The translations under genes and the position numbers were made by a program. From Candidatus Omnitrophota bacterium (lineage in GTDB: Bacteria > Omnitrophota > Gorgyraeia > Gorgyraeales > Gorgyraeaceae): a DNA stretch of 64,000 nucleotides. The stretch is taken from NCBI GenBank assembly GCA_018819285.1, contig JAHJQM010000029.1:280-64279 (forward strand), given 5' to 3'. A model generated the notes under the pieces. That model ran no database searches. It was given only the letters and a program-made list of their open reading frames with translations, and was not told the DNA's origin. Below are positions 58,112 through 64,000 of the stretch, in pieces (position 1 is the stretch's first letter; every line of letters begins with the position of its first letter).

Positions 58112-58964
58112 GCAGTTTAAACCTGTCTTTTATAATATCCACTATTTCCGTGGCCCTGTGCATATATGTGTGTTTTTCAATAACAAGTCTGTGGCCGTTT
58201 TCCGCTATAGCTTCCCTTTCTTCCCTGTGCTTTAAATAATATTCTATCAGCTCAAACATATCTTTTGGCCTGTCAAATATTACCAAGTGCTTCCTGTCCT
58301 CGAACCCAAGTTTTTCCGCGCTATCATCCCTCAGCCTTTTCATTAAAAGCATTGCCCCGCAAGACAAGATTTCATAATTTCTCATTGTAAAACATTCGCC
58401 GCGTATAGGGAGACTGAATCCGATCTTGCAGGAACTGTATGTCCTTGCCATTTCCCTGTAATCAGCCGGGCCGATCAAGCTTTTGGGATACCGCTCCAAA
58501 ATCTCCTGAAGAAAAAACTTCCTCGGCACTCCTCCATCTGTTCCTACGAAACCTATATCGTAAATCCTGTCCATATTAAGCCTTTTATGAGTTTCCGGGT
58601 CGCATCCGACATTCATCCATATAATCTCTACAGGAGAAACATTCTGGAGCATGGATATTTCTTTGCGCATGGGGCAGAATACAAGGTCATAAGCCTTTTT
58701 TATTATATGTTTTTTTATCTTCTTAAAAGGCCCTTTTAAATGGACATCCGAAACATAATAAATCCTCGGGAATAGCTCCTTGGGCATAACATAATCGTAA
58801 TAACCATCGTCTATACGAAAATAAAAATCAAATTCCGGCTTGATTTTATCTATATCCTTCGGCCAGAAATGCCCCACATCATGGCCCAGATGCCTCAACG
58901 CCCTTTCAAAATAAACACCCATTGTATCCGGGCGCTCTTTGCCGAATATTATAGCTATTTTCAT
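58104..58964 (-). CDS. Glycosyltransferase, CgeB/GT1_2-like
   Basis: GCDPETH, YDIGFVGT, MRNYEILSCG, REAIAENG, HTYMHR. Confidence 0.82.
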   Translation of the reverse strand: MKIAIIFGKERPDTMGVYFERALRHLGHDVGHFWPKDIDKIKPEFDFYFRIDDGYYDYVMPKELFPRIYYVSDVHLKGPFKKIKKHIIKKAYDLVFCPMRKEISMLQNVSPVEIIWMNVGCDPETHKRLNMDRIYDIGFVGTDGGVPRKFFLQEILERYPKSLIGPADYREMARTYSSCKIGFSLPIRGECFTMRNYEILSCGAMLLMKRLRDDSAEKLGFEDRKHLVIFDRPKDMFELIEYYLKHREEREAIAENGHRLVIEKHTYMHRATEIVDIIKDRFKLHG

Positions 58965-59299
58965 TTTTTAATATGTATCTTCTCTAATTGAAACTTAGCG
59001 GATATCTTTTTAAACCCTGCCAGCATCTTTTCTGTTTTCCCTTTATTGTAAAATACCTCTAATTCTTTTCCGAATAAGATGCCTGAAAAAACATATAAGA
59101 ACACAAAAACCGCAAAAAATTTATCCGGAATAAATATATTACTGATCAGCTTATGCCTTGAGATCATCTGTCTCGCTTCTTTTTCAGGCCTGCCTTTTAT
59201 AAGAACCGACACTGGTATATTTTTACGGTCCAATTCCAGGGACAGCTCTCTTGCGTTATGCCAGCCCGCCTCACATAAAATAACATGCTTTTTAGACAT
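58961..59299 (-). CDS. Hypothetical protein
   Basis: 112-aa ORF overlapping both neighbours in the operon. Confidence 0.7.
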   Translation of the reverse strand: MSKKHVILCEAGWHNARELSLELDRKNIPVSVLIKGRPEKEARQMISRHKLISNIFIPDKFFAVFVFLYVFSGILFGKELEVFYNKGKTEKMLAGFKKISAKFQLEKIHIKK

Positions 59300-59951
59300 A
59301 AGAAATCTTATCTTTTGTTTTGATTACCCTGGCCGGGTTTCCAAGAAGATACTTATTGGACGGGACATCGCCTAACACCAGGCTTCCTGCGCCTATTGCA
59401 ACATGCTTTCCCAGAGTAGCTTTGACAATAGTAGCGCCTATGCCTAAAAAAGAATTATCGCCTATTTTCACATAACCTGCGGTTGCTACGCCAGGCGCTA
59501 TAAAGACATTCTTTCCTATCACATTGTCATGCTCTATTATAGAGCCTGACCATATCACGCTATTATCGCCTATCCTGGCGCCGGGATTTATAACAACTCT
59601 CGGTCCTATATAAATACCGCTGCCTATTTTAACAGATTTGGAAATTACAGCAGTTGGGTGAATCGCATTTATAAACTTTAGATTTTTTCTTTTAGCAATA
59701 TCTTTACAATAAAACAACCTTTCTTTTAAAAAATAATAACCAAACGCTATAATGGCGTTTTCTATTTTCAATTTTTTAAAAATAGCCGCATAACCGGAGC
59801 ATTTGCCCAGAATTGGATATCCTAGGAATTTGCCTTTTTTACCATCGTCCAGAAAGCCTGCCACCTCACAAGAACCCTCCAGCTCAATAGCCTCACATAT
59901 TACCTTAGCCAGCCCGCCTACGCCGAATATGATAACCTTCATCTTTACCAC
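59292..59951 (-). CDS. NeuD/PglD-family sugar acetyltransferase (hexapeptide repeats)
   Basis: IFGVGG, GFLDD, IHPTAVI, IEHD, GNPAR. Confidence 0.9.
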   Translation of the reverse strand: MVKMKVIIFGVGGLAKVICEAIELEGSCEVAGFLDDGKKGKFLGYPILGKCSGYAAIFKKLKIENAIIAFGYYFLKERLFYCKDIAKRKNLKFINAIHPTAVISKSVKIGSGIYIGPRVVINPGARIGDNSVIWSGSIIEHDNVIGKNVFIAPGVATAGYVKIGDNSFLGIGATIVKATLGKHVAIGAGSLVLGDVPSNKYLLGNPARVIKTKDKISYV

Positions 59952-60913
59952 CCCTTCTTTTTTCTATAATATTCTATTGTCTTTTTCAATCCTTTTTCGA
60001 AAGAAGTTTTGGGTTTCCAGTCAATGTATTGCCTGATTTTCTTGGTATCAGGGATACGCCTTGGTATATCCTCATATCCTTCGCCAAACACCTTTTTATG
60101 CTCTATAAATTTTATTTCCGACTTAAAGCCGCCTGCCTTTTTCATAAACTTAGCCAGCTCATGCATAGTATATTCTTTTGAAGTGCCTATATTAAAAACA
60201 TTATTTTCCGCTCTTTTACAGAATGCGAGTTTTATTATAGCGTCTATCGCGTCATCCACATAGATAAATGTCCTGGTCTGCTTGCCATCCCCATGCACCG
60301 TAATATCCTCTCCGTTTAAAAACTGTTTGAGGAAAATAGGCATTACCCTTCCATGGCCCAGGTCATCAAGCTTCGGCCCGTATACATTAAAAAACCTGTA
60401 GATAACAAACGGAAGTTTTTCCTGTTTTCCCAGCGCAAACAGGTAATGTTCACAGGCTGCTTTTGACGTAGAATAGCACCATCTGTGGATATTAGTTGCG
60501 CCCAACACCCTATCGTCATCCTCTTTCCACGGCACATTTTTATTTCTCCCAAAAACCTCAGAGGTTGAAGAAAAAATTACCTTGGTCTTGTTTTCCGCAG
60601 CTATCTTAAAGATATTTATGCCTGCCAAGAGGTCTACTTCCATGACATTCAAAGGATTAGTCACATATTTAAGCGGGTCTGCTATAGCGGCAAGATGGAA
60701 TATCATGGCGATATCCTTCATCTCATGCTTCATTAAAGACAGGTCGCAGACAGAGCCCTGCACAAACCTGAAGTTTTTATGCGATAAAAGATGGGCTATC
60801 TTTTCCCCATCTGACATATCAAGGGCTGTAACCCCATAACCCTTGTCCAGCAGTTTTTCGCATATGTAGGACCCCAGAAACCCGGCGCCTCCTGTAACTA
60901 AAATCTTCTTCAT
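59945..60913 (-). CDS. NAD-dependent epimerase/dehydratase (UDP-glucuronate decarboxylase-like)
   Basis: TGGAGFLGS, STSEVFG, RWCYSTSK, RFFNVYGP. Confidence 0.88.
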   Translation of the reverse strand: MKKILVTGGAGFLGSYICEKLLDKGYGVTALDMSDGEKIAHLLSHKNFRFVQGSVCDLSLMKHEMKDIAMIFHLAAIADPLKYVTNPLNVMEVDLLAGINIFKIAAENKTKVIFSSTSEVFGRNKNVPWKEDDDRVLGATNIHRWCYSTSKAACEHYLFALGKQEKLPFVIYRFFNVYGPKLDDLGHGRVMPIFLKQFLNGEDITVHGDGKQTRTFIYVDDAIDAIIKLAFCKRAENNVFNIGTSKEYTMHELAKFMKKAGGFKSEIKFIEHKKVFGEGYEDIPRRIPDTKKIRQYIDWKPKTSFEKGLKKTIEYYRKKKGW

Positions 60914-60970
60914 CCCACCCTCTCTTTCCTCAAATATTAGTCCTATCTACTTATTCCTTATTCTCCCACA

Positions 60971-60997
60971 ACTGTGCTCAAGACCTGGTCTTGAGCA
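60971..60997. repeat. Palindrome family D, copy 2 (divergent intergenic region)
   Basis: actgtgctcaagacctggtcttgagca. Confidence 0.9.
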
Positions 60998-61091
60998 CGG
61001 TTGTATTCTTTGGATTTTAGCATAAAACCACATCTTAGGCAATTTTAATCTTGCGGTTTGGTTAACAATATGCTAACTTATTCTAAACATT

Positions 61092-61811
61092 ATGCTAATA
61101 ACGATAGTGATACCCGCATACAATGAGGAAAAAAGGATAATACCAACGCTAAAAAGCATAGTCTCTTACTTTTCCGATAAAAAAATACCCCATGAAATAA
61201 TCATATCAGATGACGGCTCAAGCGATAATACGGTAAAAATCGCAACAGACCTGAAAACCAGCTATCCTCAAATCTCTGTATTCAGCCTGAATAAAAATTC
61301 CGGCAAAGGAAAAGCTGTAAGAGAAGGCATGATCAGGGGAAAAGGCGACTATATCCTGTTTATGGACGCGGACAGCTCAACATCTATAGAAGAATTCGAA
61401 AAATTCATGCCTTTGATCTATCGAAGCAAGGATATTATAATGGGCACGAGAAAAAGCAAGGGCGCCCAGATAATAGAGCACCAGCCTTTCTTAAGAGAAT
61501 TTTTAGGAAAAGGATTCACCTGGTTTTCAAATATAATGACGGGGGCACATGTATCTGACTTTACATGCGGGTTTAAATGTTTTTCCAAAAAAGCCGTGAA
61601 CGATATATTTAAAAAAGCCCTTATAGACGACTGGTCGTTTGACGCGGAGATATTATTTCTGGCTAAAAGAATGGGCTATGAAATTATAGAAGTGCCTGTA
61701 GTATGGAAAAATGACAGGGCGACCAAGGTAAGGCTCGTCCGCGACACCCTGCATTCGCTAAGGGGGCTCGTCCGCATAAGGCGCCAAGCCTTAAAGGGCT
61801 CCTACCGGTAA
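61092..61811 (+). CDS. Polyprenyl-phosphate glycosyltransferase (GT2, Dol-P-Glc synthase-like)
   Basis: VIPAYNEE, DDGSSD, NSGKGKAV, FMDAD, DFTCGFK, FDAEIL. Confidence 0.92.
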   Translation: MLITIVIPAYNEEKRIIPTLKSIVSYFSDKKIPHEIIISDDGSSDNTVKIATDLKTSYPQISVFSLNKNSGKGKAVREGMIRGKGDYILFMDADSSTSIEEFEKFMPLIYRSKDIIMGTRKSKGAQIIEHQPFLREFLGKGFTWFSNIMTGAHVSDFTCGFKCFSKKAVNDIFKKALIDDWSFDAEILFLAKRMGYEIIEVPVVWKNDRATKVRLVRDTLHSLRGLVRIRRQALKGSYR

Positions 61812-63244
61812 AAAATCCTCTCAAAAAACAAGAAGAAGAACTGCTTTCTGAAGCGAAGCTTCGCTATGGGATGATACAGAAAAAAGATTATCTTCAGGTA
61901 TAACCTTGTGAATTTATAGCTGACGTTTTGATTCGCGAAATACGAAACAAAGCTCAGGGCTTCTAACTTTTTTATTTGCTTACCATTCAACCAGCTGGGA
62001 TATTTTTCAAGCCACCTGTCCAGCGTAAGATGCCTCCATCCCTCCAGGGAATCTGGTTTTTTGAACCCGTACTCAAGGGCCAGCGTAAAAAATTCCGTCC
62101 CGAATACAGGCGCAAAGACAAAGAACAGCGTGTATGCATTTTTATTTTCCACGCACAATTTAATGGCAAAATCCACGCTATCCTTAACCTCAACTTCAGT
62201 CTCTGTAGGAAAACCTACCATAAAAGTATATTTGGCCTTTATGGGATAAAGCGACAGCTTCCTGTTTGCCTCTCTAATAAGGTCCAGGCTCTCGTCTTTT
62301 TTTATGAACTTATTTACCCGCGGATTCCCAGACTCAACCCCGATATCCAGATTATGGCATCCGCTTTCAAAAACAACTCGGATATCTTCTTCGGTCAATT
62401 TACAAATAGCGTCTGCCCTGATTCCCAGGGTCCCCCATTGGATTTTTTTATCCATGGAAGCCAGCTGGGAAACAAGATCCTTGAACCTGGACAGGCTGCC
62501 TGCCAGGTTATCGTCTTGAAAATATATATTGGAAACACTATATCTCTCCTGGAGAAGCCTTACGTTATCCATTACCCTTTTTACTGAAAACGCCCTCCAG
62601 GTAGGGCTTGCGACAGGAGACGCGCAGAATTTACACCTGTAAGGACAACCCCTGCTGGTAAAAACAGTAGCAGACCTGCCTTTACCTATCTCAAAAGTGC
62701 TGTACTTATCCATCGAAAGCAGTTCGTAAGGCGGCATGGGCAAGATATCGAGATCTTTGATAGGCTCTCTCTTTCCCGTATAGACCACGCTGCCGGATTC
62801 TTTAAAATATACGCCCTTTACATTATTGAGGCTCTTTTTTTCGTATAAATTTTCCGCTATCTCATAAAGCGTAAAATCGCCCTCGCCCTGGCACACTATA
62901 TCGACAAGCGGGTGCATTACAGATTGTTCAGGTAAAAGCGTGGCGTGAATTCCGCCAAGGACCGTAGGCACAGAAGAAATCCCCTTGATAAATCCAAGGA
63001 TATCAAGCATATGGCCTATCTGCTCTCCTGTCATGGAAGTTACCCCCACAAGGACAGGCTCTCTGGCAAGAAGTTTAACCAGGGTGGCTTTCCATTGTCT
63101 ATCCAGGCGCTGATCCAGAAGATCAACCTCATACCCTTTTGCCCTGGGCACTGCTGCCACAGCCAAGAGGGATTCAGGAAAACGCATTGACATCGCGTCC
63201 CATGAACCTGTTCTGGGCTGAATCAATAGTATTCTTTTTTTCAT
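61802..63244 (-). CDS. B12-binding radical SAM protein
   Basis: GGIHAT, GEGD, TSRGCPYRCKFC, DDN, GVESG, GFPTET. Confidence 0.93.
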   Translation of the reverse strand: MKKRILLIQPRTGSWDAMSMRFPESLLAVAAVPRAKGYEVDLLDQRLDRQWKATLVKLLAREPVLVGVTSMTGEQIGHMLDILGFIKGISSVPTVLGGIHATLLPEQSVMHPLVDIVCQGEGDFTLYEIAENLYEKKSLNNVKGVYFKESGSVVYTGKREPIKDLDILPMPPYELLSMDKYSTFEIGKGRSATVFTSRGCPYRCKFCASPVASPTWRAFSVKRVMDNVRLLQERYSVSNIYFQDDNLAGSLSRFKDLVSQLASMDKKIQWGTLGIRADAICKLTEEDIRVVFESGCHNLDIGVESGNPRVNKFIKKDESLDLIREANRKLSLYPIKAKYTFMVGFPTETEVEVKDSVDFAIKLCVENKNAYTLFFVFAPVFGTEFFTLALEYGFKKPDSLEGWRHLTLDRWLEKYPSWLNGKQIKKLEALSFVSYFANQNVSYKFTRLYLKIIFFLYHPIAKLRFRKQFFFLFFERIFYR

Positions 63245-63999
63245 ATATCCGCCCGCTTCTCAGCCATAACCAGGAGAAAAGGCAAAAACCTTTTCAGGAC
63301 TGGGATCTTTTCCGCTAGCCTTTCGAATTTTAGCACAGAGCCGAAACGATTGATTATCTGCGGCGGGAAAAATCCAAAATTCTTAAAAGTAATATCCTTA
63401 TAGCAAGCTAGAGATAACGCTTCTTTAAGAAGTTTCCGCGATAATTTGAACGTGCCCATCTCCGAACGAAGATCCATATCCTTTTGGAAAACATATTGGA
63501 AAAAAAATAACGGATTCAGCCTGTTTGGCTCCAGGAAACATATCCTGCCGCCGGGCTTAAGTAGTTTCAGGAATTCTGAGAAATACGCCTTCAGGTTATC
63601 CGTATCCAGATGATGCAGTATGAAAAAACCTATTATAGCGTCGTAATGATCCTCTGCGCTGCACGACATGTCTTCTATGGGCATGCAATGCACTTTTAAT
63701 TTATCCGCAGGGATGCCCGCCTTCCTTGAATCCTCCTCGAGGCGCTTAAGCTGCACCTCTGAAAGGTCCACGCAAGTGACTTTAAACCCTTTCTTTAGCA
63801 AATGAATCGTAAACCTTCCGGCTCCAGAGCCTATTTCAAGTATATTGCTGCTCCGGCTGAGATTAGCGAAATCAAGCAGATAACTTGTTAGATTTTTAGC
63901 ATACAGGTCTTCGGCCCGGTACCTTAAATAAACATGTTCTTTCTCGGCAGAATAATATTCTTTCTGCAGTTCTTTTCTGGTAATCATATCCCCTTTCAC
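63241..63999 (-). CDS. Class I SAM-dependent methyltransferase (start uncertain, at window edge)
   Basis: ILEIGSGAGRF, VDLS, ILHHL, LKPGGR..LEPN. Confidence 0.9.
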   Translation of the reverse strand: MKGDMITRKELQKEYYSAEKEHVYLRYRAEDLYAKNLTSYLLDFANLSRSSNILEIGSGAGRFTIHLLKKGFKVTCVDLSEVQLKRLEEDSRKAGIPADKLKVHCMPIEDMSCSAEDHYDAIIGFFILHHLDTDNLKAYFSEFLKLLKPGGRICFLEPNRLNPLFFFQYVFQKDMDLRSEMGTFKLSRKLLKEALSLACYKDITFKNFGFFPPQIINRFGSVLKFERLAEKIPVLKRFLPFLLVMAEKRADI

Positions 64000-64000
64000 T

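Noticed and set aside
61976-62587. 203-aa plus-strand ORF and similar long plus-strand ORFs (33126-33791, 30273-30815, 40655-41212)
   Set aside because: Fully antisense to well-supported conserved genes, with no recognisable motifs

Overview
Bacterial chromosomal window, almost entirely minus-strand coded; gene content and order are most compatible with a PVC-superphylum organism such as Omnitrophota (inference only). Read in the direction of transcription (right to left) it holds: a surface-glycan/LPS modification cluster, an AT-rich nucleotidyltransferase gene pair, ugtP-like/cca/rbfA/nrnA/truB/ribF, a dcw cluster (mraZ to ftsA) with no ftsZ, proC-mtnP-ileS-dksA-lspA, gpsA, tRNA-Pro(GGG), PilZ-hom-thrC, a RAYT-type HUH Y1 transposase with an XRE regulator, a TolB-like lipoprotein, a 2464-aa modular surface hydrolase, an RluA-family gene, and a c-di-GMP-I riboswitch leader ahead of a membrane-tethered wHTH protein and a >2692-aa phage-tail-fibre-like protein that runs off the window (missed by the ORF track). 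Three signals stand out. (1) A dispersed 35-39 bp palindrome family (AAGTTGACA..AC-AWT-GT..TGTCAACTT and relatives) flanks the RAYT gene, fills every sizeable gap of the dcw operon and supplies the stop codon of five genes. (2) ftsZ is missing next to an FtsA whose FtsZ-binding subdomain looks eroded. (3) The giant-fibre operon appears to be gated by c-di-GMP. All family assignments are by eye from motifs; no searches were run.
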